64,000 bases of DNA from assembly GCF_009914755.1 (NCBI RefSeq), contig NC_060945.1. One strand, written 5' to 3'. This document shows, piece by piece, positions 14,983-31,026 of this stretch (the stretch's first letter is position 1; each line of letters starts with the position of its first letter). The notes under the pieces are model-generated. The model was not told where the DNA came from and made no database searches. It was given only the letters and a program-made list of their open reading frames with translations. Position numbers and translations under genes: made by a program. This stretch comes from the human T2T-CHM13v2.0 reference genome, Homo sapiens.

Positions 14983-15987
14983 TTATTCTATCACCTGAAA
15001 AGTTTATTTGTGTGCTTATAGTCAGTCCTTTCTTTCTACCCTTGGCCCTAGAGCCCACATTCTTCACCAGCACACCTTAAATAAAAATAAGCCCAATTAC
15101 GATGCAAGGTATTTACACCGTTTTGAGTATAGCATGATCATATCAGCTTTTAAGTCAATTAAATCTCATAGTGCGACAGTTTATAAATGTTACTTTATAA
15201 TGAATAGCTGAAGTATAGAAAAGTAACAAAATGACACCAGAGTGACCTATGTTCCTGGTCCTTGTAAATTATGCCAGGATCTCTGACTGCAGGGAGGGCA
15301 TTCAATGAATGGGAACGCTTTTGATTCTGAACAGCAGCCTTAGCCAGAGCCGTTAAATGGGTTTCTGTCCTGCTCCTTCTCAAACTGACACTGAGCAAGC
15401 GCCACCTGCTCCTGCTCCAGGGGGCTATTCAACCATGTAGTCCCAGGGGAGCCAGGGCTGTGGGAGGTGTTGGTTGCTAAGAAGCAACGAGCCTGAGGCC
15501 TAGCCGCGAGCCTGAGGCCCAGCGGAGCTCCCGGTTGCCCTCCCTCTGCTCTGACCACAGCTTGTCCCTCTGCCAGGCGCTGCCCTCACAAGGCAGCCGA
15601 GAAGGACATCAGGCTGGCGGCTGGGGAAACCTCTGGCTCGGGGCTGGAGAAACAGTTCTGGGCATGTGGTTGAGGGAGGACACATCTCTTCTTTCTAGCC
15701 CAGGGAGTGTCCTACCTCCATGTGGTTTGGGGTTCAGGAGAGAATTCAGCCCATGCCCGTGGAGTCACATCCCCCTGCAGAGGGCACACACCCAAGCTGC
15801 GCTGAAGGAGATGCCCTCCCCTGTGCCCTGGGCATCCCCCAAAGCCAGGCACCCTCTCCCTCCCCTGGGACAGGACGCCAGGACAGGCCCCAGAGCCTGG
15901 GAGCCAGACTTTGCCCGGCTTTCTTTCCTGAGCGTGCTTCTATCAGCTCCTGTGGATGAGTCTGTTCTTTCCTATGTTGCTGTCTGA

Positions 15988-16761
<774 letters not shown>

Positions 16762-19549
16762 AATAAACAAGTGACAGGTATGAAATATGTAAGATTTGAA
16801 AAGTCAGAGGGAGCTCCAAATGAACTCAACAGTGTGGGCTGGACATTTCACTGTGAAATCTGTGAAATTAGAAGAGTCCACACAGAAGTCATTAAATAGC
16901 AACTGTTCCTTAAGTTGTAATGTATATCTTTATGAAATTATATATATGGCATGTGGTTGGTTTTATAAAAGAGAGACTATATATATGTCCACCTATAAGA
17001 AGATGAAAAGAAAATATTCTGAAGTATTAACATGGATTAACTCTGATTAGTTGAATTGTAGGTGGCTTTTTGCATTTTTCCTTGCTCATTTATGTTCCAA
17101 AAATTTCACAACGGCCATATCCTACTTTTGCAAATAGAAAACAGTGTTCTTCAGCATGAAAATTGGCACAAAGAAGAATTTTTTTAAAGTAGAAAATGCG
17201 AATTTTAAAAATATAGCTGTGAAAAAAAGTATAAAATTAATTCCAATAAAATAAATCGTGGATACCTGAAAATGATGGTACGTTTATAAATGGTTTGCCT
17301 AAACTGCAGTGATGCTAATTAATTCTCTTACCATAAAGGTCAGGATAAAAAAATGACAGGAATAGAACGTAGTATTTGAGGCAGAATTTCAGCCTTTGGG
17401 TCTTCCAGAGGTGAGAATGAAAGAAGAGAGGAGGAATTAGAAAGGTTAATGCCTTTGTCATTGAAAATCCCATCACTTTTTTTTAACCAACTTTTTTTTT
17501 TGTTTTTTGGTTTTTTTTTTTTTAAAAAACCTTCTAGCTGAAGTTTTCTTTTGACATGAATTTCTACACCTTTAGGGATTAAATTAATGCTCAATTTTTG
17601 GAATGTTATTAGGAGAATTATAGATGACAAAAATATCACTGGCGAGAAATTAAATCTTTTCTGTCTCTGTCACAAAATGTAGGCATAAAAGTCTCTTCTG
17701 CTCATCAGACAAATTCAGCAACTTTGATTTTGAAGTTGCCTTTGATGATAGGTCTTCAATGTTCCTGAGAATCCATTTGCTTAATGATCGAGGTGGCCTC
17801 AAGCAGTCTTCAGCTACGTGCTTACCTGCCCGGCTGTTGATGCCATTTCACTGTGCAATCCCTGTGCTTTGCTTCTCTGTTCATTCAAAGATGGATCATC
17901 TAAGAGCCTGATTAGCCTTCGTCAAAATAACATTACATATAATACCATAGTAACAGGCCTTTTTGTTTCTTTATAAACAGGGTGATTCAGAGAAAGCAGA
18001 CAAGAAACCCTTAGAAGGGCTTACTGGGGTGACTGGAGGCAGTCCTGCATTTTGTGTCTCTGCTGTGTGGGGTATTAATTGTGCGAGGAATATGCAATAT
18101 CTGAAACTTCATGGTCCCCATGTGCAATATATACCAAAGATATGCGGATTCGTGTTTTTCCCCTTTTTTGTGATCCATCTAGGGAACTGCTTGTCGAGAT
18201 GCTGCCATTCCAGGGGAGCTAAAAACCCTGAAACCATTAGAAGTGTTGATATCAGGATGCTACAGCACAAAAAGAAGACAGCACTGTGGAGAAAAATAAC
18301 TTACGAGAAGACACAGCACCGGGGGATAGACGCTGTTAAGTAGCACTTGCTAACAAGAGCTTTCAAGCCACCATGAGAACGAGATGGATTTATTTTCCTT
18401 CCTTTGCAGAATCTCAGCAACTCTGTGGTAGACAGGGGCCAACAGAAGTCAGACGTTGGGAATGGGGGGCAAAATTTTAAAGAGGACTCAGGAACAAATA
18501 CTTCCTTTCTTTTCATAAACCACCCATTTAACATCACTCAACAATGGCTGTTGTGGTAAACGCTGTCACTGATGGATAAGTGGGGGGAGCGTGGCTGCTG
18601 GGTCCAGGCTCCTTAGATGTGGCCAGTAGGAGGCATGGATTATCATTTTTCTTTGGCAGGGAGGGAACTGAGACTTCAATGAGGAATTTCTCCAGTGATA
18701 CGCAGCTGGTGGGGACAGTCAGTGGTTGGCACACCTCCCTCAAGAGCTGACAGCGGTGTGAGTTAGGGGACTCCCCCGCTGCCCCCGATGTCAATCATTC
18801 TTGGGTCTCAGCTCCTCCCCTCCACGCTGAGATGGTTGCTTTATTCTCTGCCCGGCCCTCCAGGCTGTGAGCCACCAAAGTGGAAGCAGTGGGTCCCTTC
18901 TGCTTGGGACCCTCGGGCCCAGCCCAGGACCTGGCTCAGCAAAGGCAAAAATGAACAGTCCAGGAGTTGGTCCCCTGACCTGGCTGAGTCTGGGTACCTG
19001 TCTGACCCTGTACCCGTGACTTTTTCTCCTGACAGCTTTGCACATTGGTAAAGGTACCTAATTTCTACGTTTCACTTTAAAAAGTAGTCTTTACTTCTTA
19101 GCCTGGGAGACACCACAGTCCTTTAACTAGAGAAGTTTTCCTGTGCCGTAGCCGTGAGAGGCTGACAGCAAGACTGGGAGGAGCCCATTTCACTTCCATC
19201 CCTGCGTGGCTTGATCACGGGGCCGAGAGGGAACGCCTCTGTGAGCCAGGGGCCTCTGTGGGTCCAGTTGTCCCTTGTCCCCTGTGGATCTGGCAGCATG
19301 AGGATGCTCTCTTTCTTTCTAGTGTTGCCAAAGCCAGATTCATGAATAAAGCTCTTACGAATATTTGGTGGCCACATAGGCAAGTCTACTGGGGAGATGG
19401 GAAAGAAAGGGAGGAGTGTATGGCACCCTAAGAAATTTGGAGATGACCTGGGCCCTGACAGCTTCAGAAGCCTCCTTATTCCCTAACCCTTAGGGGTCTT
19501 CAAAAGTGGTGAGCCCCCCGCCCAGTCCAACCATATCTCACCAAATTAA

Positions 19550-19869
<320 letters not shown>

Positions 19870-20469
19870 TCAAACCAAGTTCTTAGAGTGAATACAGATT
19901 TACCCACTTAAATGCTAGAGGCATACATTCAGAAAAAAATATTATTAGACTGCAGTTTGGACCCCAAATTTAACCAGCTGGAATTCATTTCACATTTCAT
20001 ACTCTTCAATCTCTGGAATGAAAAATACGTGTCTTTTAATGGGAACTTGTATTTTATCCTAAAGATGGAACAAAGTGTACTGGGCTGAATTATTTCCCAA
20101 ATAGGCATGATCTGTCTCGTGTTCTGGGTTATGATAAATGATAAAACAGGTTTGGGTGAGTTGGCTTCTAACTGATGTATGAATAGCACACTGATTTTAT
20201 GGGTATAGACAACAAAGGGTGGAAGCGAGGCCTTCCACTGCAGCATTCTAGAAGTCGTGTAATAAACACTCTCAAAACAACCACAGAAGTCCTTCAGGCC
20301 CAGGCATGGCCCATGATACAATGAAAAGGTTTCAATGACTGTATTAGAATAATTTTCTGAAAGCTTGGAATTACTGGGTTTCTCCAATCTTTTCCTTACT
20401 TCAGGGAGACATAGTGACTAGAGTTGGATTGAGCCACACTGAAGCCCAAGACAGAAGGAAATATCGGTC

Positions 20470-20975
<506 letters not shown>

Positions 20976-21635
20976 TGGCTATTTCAAGAACACTGTGATT
21001 TTGTAATGGATTTCACAAGGAAGAATAGTAGACTGAGAAGTAATTGAGTTTTTTGTTTTCAAAGGAATTTGTTTGTGGGACTGTTAGTGATGTTTGGGAT
21101 GCCAGCACATTTTCTGTTCAAGCCCTGAACTGAAGACCTAGGTATTGATGATGTTGCACAGCTCCTAAATGTAGCATACTTATGTTCAGACATATCTTTA
21201 TGTCCATTCTAAGCTCAAAGTACAGACAGAAATGGATCCAAGGCCAACTATTCACGTGGAACTTGATGTGGTCTGTTCAACTAGCAGGGTATTGAATATG
21301 AAGGGATTGTTTGTGATTTTGCAACTTAGTGAAAAAAAAATAGTCACCCAGCCTTGTCTATGTGCTGAGTCAGACACCTCTCATGTGTCACTAGGCCCTC
21401 TCTGAGGACCCCCGTGGGTGGCTGCCTCAGCGTGGGCTCTGCAGACTTCAGGCAGGTACACAGTAACAGCATGTCATCTCCTGCCCACATCAATCACCTC
21501 CACCTCCACCCCTTGCCTTGGGGCTTCCTCATCAACCCAGGCAGATGCAAGGTGCAAGACTTTGCATGGTCCAGATGCATGGGGAATTGGTGCTCTGTGG
21601 AGCACCTTGGATCAACGAGAGATGGCAGCTGGTGG

Positions 21636-22600
21636 TGTAGGGTCCAGCCCTACGGGGCTTAGCGGGTATTCTCCTCGTGTGTGGAGACAAGAGATTGTAA
21701 TAAATAAAGGCATAAGACGAAGAGATAAAGAGAAAACAGCTGGGCCTGGGGGACCACTACCATCAAGGCGCGTAGACCGGCAGTGGCCCCGAACGGCTGG
21801 GCTGGCCGTTATTTATTGCATACAAGACAAGGGGGCAGGGTAAGGAGGGTGAATCTTCTAAGTGATTGACAAGGTGAAGCAAGTCACGTGATTACAGGAT
21901 AGGGGGCCCTTCCCTTTTAGGTAGCCGAAGCAGAGAGAGAAGGCAGCATAGGTCAGCGTTTTCTTCTCTGCACTTATAAGAAAGATCAAAGACTTTAAGA
22001 CTTTCACTATTTCTTCTACTGCTATCTACTACGAACTTCAAAGAGGAACCAGGAGTACGGGAGGAGCATGAAAGTGGACAAGGAGTGTGACCATTGAAGC
22101 ACAGCACCACAGGGAGGGGTTTAGGCCTCCGGATGACTGCAGGCAGGCCTGGATAATATCCAGCCTTCCACAAGAAGCTGGTGGAGCAGAGCGTTCCCTG
22201 ACTCCTCCAAGGAAAGGAGACTCCCTTTTGCGGTCTGCTAAGTAACAGGTGCCTTCCCAGACACTGGCGTTACCGCTTGATCAAGGAGCCCTCAAGCGGC
22301 CCCTATGCGGGCGTGACAGAGGGCTCACCTCTTGCCTTCTAGGTCACTTCTCACAATGTCCCTTCAGCACCTCACCCCATGTCCGCCGGTTATTCCTAGG
22401 TTATATCAGTAATGCAACAAAGAGTAATATTAAAAGCTAATGATTAATAATGTTTATAATAATGATTGATAATTGTTCATGATCATCTCTACATCTAATT
22501 TGTATTATGACTATCCTTATTCTAACTATTTTCTTTATTATACTGAAACAGTTTGTGCCTTCAGTCTCTTGCCTTGGCACCTAGGTAATCCTCCACCCCA
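21636..22600 (-). mobile_element. Solo ERVK LTR, LTR13A-like (HERV-K HML-4)
   Basis: 965 bp with TG...CA termini and a 6-bp TSD tggtgg/cggtgg. The minus strand starts ..ggaggattacctaggtgccaaggcaagagactgaaggcacaaactg as in LTR13. Minus-strand TATAA at 21974-21978 and AATAAA at 21812-21817. Confidence 0.88.
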
Positions 22601-22692
22601 CGGTGGATAACTTTTTAGTCTTCTCCCTAGAGCCTCTGTCCTCAGACACAGTTCACACAGCTCTCGGGGGCCACACTGCAAGATCAGCATTT

Positions 22693-23199
22693 AGAATTTT
22701 GTGTTTTAAAACTTTTTTTAAGTTTTAATTTTTGTGGGTACATAGTAGGTGTATATATTTATAGGGGACATGAGACATTTTGATATAGGCATGCAATGTG
22801 AAATAAATACATCATGGAGAATGGGGTATGCATTCCCTTAAGCATGTATCCTTTGAGTTACAAACAATTCAAGTACACTCTTTAAATTGTTTTAAAGTGT
22901 ACAGTTATTATTGACTATCGTCACCCTGTTGTGCTATCAAATAGCAGGTCTTATTTATTCTAACTATTTTTTGTACCTATTAACCATCCCCACCTCCCCT
23001 ATTCAGCCGTAAAAAAGAATGAGATCTAGTCATTTGCAACAACATGGATGGAACTGGAGATTATTATGTTAAGGGAAATAAGCCAGTTACAGAAAGACAA
23101 ACATTGCATATTCTTACGTACTTGTCAGGTCTAAAAATCAAAACAATTGAACTCGTAGACACGGAGGGTAGAAGGATGGTTACCCTCCGGGGCTGGGAG
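22693..23199 (-). mobile_element. L1MA1/2-like 3' end with a 5' inversion
   Basis: 22693-22999 is the antisense 3' end; 23000-23199 is the upstream segment in + orientation. TSD gatcagcattt (22682/23200). Confidence 0.88.
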
Positions 23200-25139
23200 G
23201 ATCAGCATTTGGTTATACCTCTCAATGGCCAGTCTGATGAAGAATCCTCATAGCAGCTGCCTCTCCACTCCCCACCTTCCCATCCTCTCTCTTTCACTTC
23301 TGGCACTGCCTTCTCTAATAAAACCATAGTGCAACCGACATCTGCCTCATGCTCTGTTTTCTGGGAAACCCAGACTAATATATATTCTTCACTACTTTCC
23401 TGCAGATCTTGGTGCAACAGAACTGTCAGGAAAATTTACTTCAAAAAATTGTACCTTTAAACACCTCTCCTGCCTTTTTATGGATACCGGGCATGTATGA
23501 GATTATCAGAGGAAACAGTTAGATGCACAAGGATCTTCATATACCCATTTGTTATTTAGATTCCCTTTAATTGGGGTTTTATTAGATTCTGAAGCACTCT
23601 ACTTTTATTCACGAACACTGCCAAGAATGGAAACCTCGCTTTCTGAAGCTGTGTGAATTGCTTGGCACGTGTTTAAGAACCCAGAGGCATCTCATCTGCC
23701 TCCTGGATCCTCCTGTGGCCCCTCCAGAGAGTCCCAGCTCATGCACCACCTGCCTGGCACAGGGCCAAGGATGCAGGCTGTGATTGTGAATTCTGGTGTT
23801 GAACCTTAGATGGGTATGTAGCATGTTCTAATGGTGAAATAAGGACAATGTTGAAGGAAGTCATTGTGAGGGAAATATGTCTTTTGTTTGAAAGAGCCCA
23901 GTGGTGTTACTATTTGTGATTGTGAAGGTCAATCCAAGTGGAATACACTGTCTCACAGAGGGCCACCTGTCTTTTGTGGAGGTCTCTGGAGATAAAAATA
24001 GGGACATTGCTCTAACATGTTTAAAGAGGGAGGGCCAGTGTCTCTGATGATGTAGATAGACACAGAGCTGGCTTGAGCACCAGGGACGCTGATTTCAGGC
24101 GGTTGAAGGAGGAAGGGGCTGTCCTTCTTCTAGACTCTTTGGTGAGCATCCAGGAAGATGCCGTGTCTGCATGGGGACAAGGTGTTGTGGAGGGTCCCAA
24201 ACAGGAGCATTTTATGGAAGAGAAGTCATTAGGGTGGGTGTCGGGCTGGAGATGATCAGGAGAAGAATGAGAACATCTGAGCTGAGTATTGTGATATAGA
24301 CTGCAAGACTCATGGTGGCATTCTCCTGGGAGTGGAATTATTAGACAATCTAATGGATCTGGTTTTGCTGTGGTTGAAGTTGATGTGACTTTTTCCTCTA
24401 CTACCCCTCTACTACCTGCTTCCCCAGAAGAAAAGATAGCAAAATCCCACATGTATCAACCCATGCTCTTCTTAGCAGTCATAACTGATTCACTCTCTAG
24501 ATCCCTTGGAAAACATCAAAGAAGATATCTGCTGACAAATTCGCAGATATCTGAATGCATATTCATGAAGCTCTCAAATACTCTAGTCCTTAGTTCTCTA
24601 GATAATTCTAATAGCATATTTTCTACACCTGCATTAAATTGGTCATTGTGGCTATGCATATTTGTTTAGGGAGAACTTGTACTGCCTTCTGCATAACCTA
24701 ACATATTAAGCTATATTGATATCTAAACTGAATGACACATTGGTGGTATTCATGATACCATTGAATCATTTCTGAAATTCCTAAGAAAGAGCTCAGGATT
24801 CCAGAATCTCATATCAGGGTTTGCTCTGAAGCCAATTTATTGTGCCCTGTTTCTTGAATATTTGATTTCATTTATTAGTTCAATGATAATAAATAATACT
24901 TTTGAACTATGACTACTTCTGTTCAGTCGGCAACATATGTTCTTAGGATGATGAACTTGTAGTTGGAGCTCATTCAGAACAGAGATAAGAGATCACATCT
25001 TCTCCTATTTGGGGATGAGAGTGGGGTGGAGAGAAAAGGCAGCCTCTTCCCGAAGATGCTAACTTCTGTCACGTCATGAAAAAGAATCTTTTCGTTGGTT
25101 GCTTAGAGAATGACCTACCTCCGTCTGTCTGTTCATTTG

Positions 25140-25412
25140 ACCATCAACCCATCTACCCATCCGTCCACCCATTTATCTACTCATCTGTTCATCTATCCAT
25201 CCATCCATCCATTCATCCACACACCCATTCATCCATCCACCCACCCATCCATCCATCCACCCACTCATCCATCCTTAGGTCCACCCATCCATTCTTCCAT
25301 CCATCCATCCATCCATCCATCCACCCATTCATCCACCTATCCATTCATCTACCCATCCATTCATCCATTCAACTACTCATCCATTCATCTATCCATCCAC
25401 ACATCCATCTGC
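25140..25412. repeat. Degenerate (CCAT)n microsatellite
   Basis: Directly visible. Confidence 0.95.
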
Positions 25413-25669
25413 TATTTATTTTAGTAGAGCCTAGCTCTGGGTGCTTATGTTATTTAAACATTAACAAAGATCTGATAGCATTTCTGGAATTGAGCCCTTG
25501 GCTGTTGTTTGCCTCTGCTTATTCCTAAAAGCCAAGTGTTCTCAAAACTCCAGCCTGTGGTGTTAATGAAGTCACATTTACCTTCAAACTCAAATCTTAC
25601 TGCCTCCTAACTCCCCACCCGCTGATAGAGGCCCTCAGGAGGTATGCTGCACACAGTACTGAGAGATGC

Positions 25670-25880
25670 TTAAGTACAGTGGCTAAAAGGAAGGGCTCCA
25701 GAGCCAGCTTCTTGGGGGCTGAATTCTGCCTCTGCCTCTTCCCCACTTCGTGGGCTTGAGCAAATTCCTCTCTGTGCCTCAGGATATAATTGGTAAAGTG
25801 AGGCTGATGAAGACACTAAGGGCATCTACCCCATCAGGGATGCTGTCAGAACTCAATGAGTTGATGGTGCTTGAGCGCCC
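25670..25880 (+). mobile_element. MIR
   Basis: agtacagtggctaa..gggctccagagcca..gaattctgcctctgcc..ctctgtgcctcag. Confidence 0.7.
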
Positions 25881-27149
25881 TTGAAGCCTGGCCCCAGCAG
25901 CATGAACCATGATTACCCGACACCCAGCCTGGTGTAGACTCTCTCCAGTATAAATTCAGTGAAACTGCAACTGCCTGGTATTGTAAAGACCAGACCCTGG
26001 GAATGGGGCAGCTCTTGGAGAATTCCCCCTCTGCCCTCAGACCTCCATTGAAAATGTCAAAAGGTCCCAAAGAATTCTGAAATGAGATACTTTCAATACT
26101 TTCAATAACGAGTTCTTTTTTTGTCAGGATCATTTTTTGATGTGAGACACCTTCACCTACGACATAAATCACCTTCATTGTGTCTCCGTTAAATAGAACC
26201 TGACATAAAAACCCCATCTTAGAAATCCCGAAAAAATGACTGCTTTTCTCCCCTGTGCACATTTCATTTTGGTTTTCCTCTGGTTTCTAAAAAGTGATCT
26301 TTTATGGAAAAGTTATTCATGACATTTGAAAGGCATCCATATTTAAGGCATTTAAAGACTGTGGGGTTGAGCATGCACCTATTTTGCACTTGCCTTCCAT
26401 TTAATTTGACTTTATTCTACTCTAAAACACTGTTCTTTTATTCCGTGAAATTTTCTTTTATTTGAGCCATCTATGAATTATGCAGGGAAAGATACTGGAT
26501 TTGAATGCCAGAGTTTAATCACCTGAGGTGGCTGTTCCATCTCGGATTTGGTCCAACTCAGTAGTAGTCAGATTTCCACCCAGTGCAGCAAACGTACGAG
26601 CCTTGTGTTTAAAAAGAGGAGGCATCAACATAAGGACAGACAAAAAGAAGCAGGCATTTTTACTTGCAAATCTGCTATATTTAAGAAATGGTTTACCTGA
26701 TTTAAATCATTTTACATTGACTCAGATGGAAGGTGAATGGTATTCGTAATAAGTGGGAAGCTTTACTTTGCTTCTTTATTGGGTTATTGTCTGCATAATG
26801 CAATAAGCATACACGAGGATGGTTCACTTTGTTAATATAAATCTGGATCATTTACTCTATTTATTTATACCTCTCAGATTCTGAGAGCAAGGTTTTCCGA
26901 GATGATACATTTACCATTAATTAAGGGTTGACAAATGACCTGAGAATTTCTTATGGCAATGTTGAACGTCAAAGGAAACTGATTGTTATTTTTCTGATAT
27001 TGTTTTTAGGCTAAAGACCTGGACCCAAATATGAATTTTGAGGGTACCTTATCCCTTAGTCACCTATCATGGTTTTCTCCTTGTTCGGTGCTCTGCTGTT
27101 TTTTTCTAGGATCCCATTCAGATAGTGGCATCACAGTAGCAATTCCTGA

Positions 27150-27260
27150 GGTCAAGGAAGTCCAGGCTCCAGTCTTGACTCTGCCACTCATTAGCTGCAT
27201 GATCTGGGGCAAGTCATGCTCCCTACCTCCCTCATTTTCTTCATCTGAAAGTTAGAGACT
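27150..27260 (+). mobile_element. MIR fragment
   Basis: ctctgccactcattagctgcatgatctggggcaagtca..cctcattttcttcatctg. Confidence 0.75.
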
Positions 27261-27261
27261 T

Positions 27262-27558
<297 letters not shown>

Positions 27559-27918
27559 GTTAGAGACTTTATAAGCTTTTCAATCCTTTTCAACTCAAAG
27601 CATACTTTTTGATAACAACCAAAAAATGGGATTGACAAAATGCTTCTCTCTCCATAACTAGAACCACGTTAAGCTTTGAGGAAACACCCTTTCTGTTTAC
27701 ATGTGTGGTGCATTTCATGCGGCTCCCCAGACTTCACACCCAGAGAATCTTGCCCAAAGTGTTAAGTCTAACCTTAAAAGACTTCATACTTCTAGTTAAC
27801 CTGGTAAAATGAAAATGCAAAGGACAAGTATAAACAATGGCAGAAAAAATAGTTTATAAGTAGGAGGAAACATAAGAGTTTCTTAGTTGATTAAAATTTA
27901 TTTAAAAAGAAGACATTG

Positions 27919-28273
<355 letters not shown>

Positions 28274-28630
28274 TCATTAACAAAATGACGCATTAACAAT
28301 GCTGATCTTGTAGCTGATACAGAACCTTGGCTGTTGCCTTCATATTTTCATTGAAGTTGTGCTTGATCTCCCTCCTGGTTTCTCTTGTTACTGGTGACCT
28401 GCATTCCTAGAGCAGTGGATGTGGATGAGGGGGCCGGTCTGTGCAGCTTCAGTACATCCTTTCTTGGTGGATCCATTCCTACTCTCACTAGCACAGTGCT
28501 TTAGCCATCTGAGCTAAAGTAACATAGAACTTGATATAATGCAAGAGATGTTTGCAACAATAAAAGAGACAAAAGTAATCCCGAGTATATCTGATAACAA
28601 TTGCTTTTTTCTTTTATTTTTTGCCTTTAG

Positions 28631-28682
28631 CGACAAGGTGCTGGGGCAACCAATGGAAAAGACAAGACATCTGGTGAAAATG
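28631..28682 (+). CDS. PCP4: PCP4 / PEP-19 coding exon 2 (RQGAGATNGKDKTSGEN plus 1 nt)
   Basis: tttag|CGACAAGGT...GAAAATG|gtaaga. The translation matches residues 4-20 of human PEP-19, and the phase joins correctly to exon 3. Confidence 0.98.
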
Positions 28683-30198
28683 GTAAGAGGACATGAATAG
28701 TCCAAGTTCTTTCTCTTTTGCCATCTGCAGCCCTGGGTATGCAGCAGGTGCGGATCATACATCCCATCCCAAACAGCTTACTATATGTGTCTGCGCTTCA
28801 GCTTACAGAGGATTTTAGCAATTCACAGTGAGCACTGAGGTCTGGTTTTATGAAGAAAACTGAGCTAGCTAAATGCCGTGATAAGAAGTTTCCCTTCCAT
28901 AGGAGGACTCCCATTTTGGGCAACATGGTAATTACAATGCAAATCTAGTTCTCTGCTTTCTTCATTAGGGTGGGTGAGAATCATCCAAGTTGTTGTGAGG
29001 ATAAAATGAGATCAAACGAGATAAGTGATTTGAAAACTGTGAAGTACACAACTTCTGAAATGATGTTTTAAAACTTGCTTCAGCCCTCCGGAGCACACAC
29101 AATGCGGTGCTGGTCCACTGGAAGGTGCTGAGTCAGTGAATGTCACTGCAGCGATTCACCAGCAAATAAAAATGATAGCAGTGACAGGAACATTGCATCC
29201 TGCCTCTTCATGGGCCCATCTCAACCATGACCCTAAATTGTAGGAATGATCATCATATTTTTATGGATCAGGAAATGGAGGCTTGGCATTGGGGTGAGAT
29301 TTAGCTAGAAATGGGAAGTGCATGGATCCTGAAGGAAATAGAGCCAGTTGGAACCCCAGGTCTCTAACTTTAGCAATTGACATAAGAACAAGCATAATAA
29401 TAAAAAATACCCAGTGGTATGCACCAAGGGCCACAGCATAGTTCCGGTGAGGTGAGACTCTGGGTGTTCTTCCTTTCTGTTAACTCAAGATGAGCTCTCC
29501 TTTTATGGAAAATGACTCTTGCTTCCAACTAGATGAAATTGATGCTAGTGTCCATCAATCAGATTGTGGATAATGCCAATCTCAAATACCATCGGTTAAA
29601 ATTCCCTGGGGCCTCACAACCCCTTTGGAGCCTCTGTGGTGGGTCTGAGCTGAGCAAGACTCAAGTATGAGAATGTTGCTCTGCGTCTGCAGCCTGCCAA
29701 TATGCCCACCCATTTAGGGCAGTCCTATTGGGCAGGGTGAGTGCAGTGTTCCCTGGGTAAAGGGGTCATCATATCAATAAGTAGAGAGGTGGGGGCTCCA
29801 CAATGTCCTAATTGGAGCTAGGGGGCTGGGAGAAGAAGGAAACAAGGTTTTCCATGAGGCCGATGGCTCTTCCTTTGCTGCCCAGGGCTTTTCCTGTCTC
29901 CTGTGTGTGAGTTGGGGTGGGTGTGTGGGGTACTGGCAAGGAAGGCAGGAAGCAGAGGAAGGAGCAAAGGATGGGGCTTAAAAGGGAGGAGCAATATTGT
30001 AGTTGCCTATATGAGGAAGGACCCACTGCCTGCCATAGGGGAGCATAGGGCGCTGTGAGCCTCCACTGATTTTCCCAGTTCATACATTCGTAGCCATCTG
30101 TTCATGCAAGTTCCTTTCCACTGAACCTCACAACCTTAGAATTAGAGTTTTACAGTCAGAAGACTTCTCAGAGATCCTCTATTGTCGTGATTCTCAAC

Positions 30199-30489
<291 letters not shown>

Positions 30490-30586
30490 AACATTTTTGT
30501 TCTCACAACTCCTTTCCATTTTAAAGAATTCTTGAGGACCCCAAAGAACTTTTGTTTATGTTGGTGATATCTATTGATGTTTGTCA

Positions 30587-31026
30587 TGCTGGAACCCTAC
30601 TGACTCTTATAGAGATGGTACTGAAGAAAAGACCTGGAGCCAGTGAACAAGACATAGGATTTATTGAGGGGAGTTACCTATAGGGCAGTCCAGTGGCGGT
30701 GGGCTGGATAAAAGAACCACAGCTGCCTGTAACAAGCATGCAGTTTACACAGCGTTTTCACTTAGCACCCTCCCTCTAGCAACTTCTACTTGGCAATCTA
30801 CATTCATTCCAAAACAAATGTCCCCAATCCCCTGTATGGCCTGCATCCCATGGGATGGGCTGGGAATTCAGATGTTCCTCATAGATAAGAATGAATCTCT
30901 ATACTGGCCACTCCCAGATTCCTTAGCTCGGAACTCGACTCCAAGCACACATTCTTCTTAGACCATAGGGTCATTCTCAGGGTATGCTTAAGTTACGCTA
31001 TTGATATCAGGTGTATCTGCCATACA
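30587..31026 (-). mobile_element. Solo ERV LTR, LTR47-like
   Basis: TG...CA, 440 bp. The minus strand begins tgtatggcagatacacctga..taacttaagcataccctgagaatgaccctatgg and carries an AATAAA near 30660. Confidence 0.7.

Noticed and set aside
25076-25528. 150-aa HPSI-repeat ORF
   Set aside because: Artefact of the (CCAT)n repeat.
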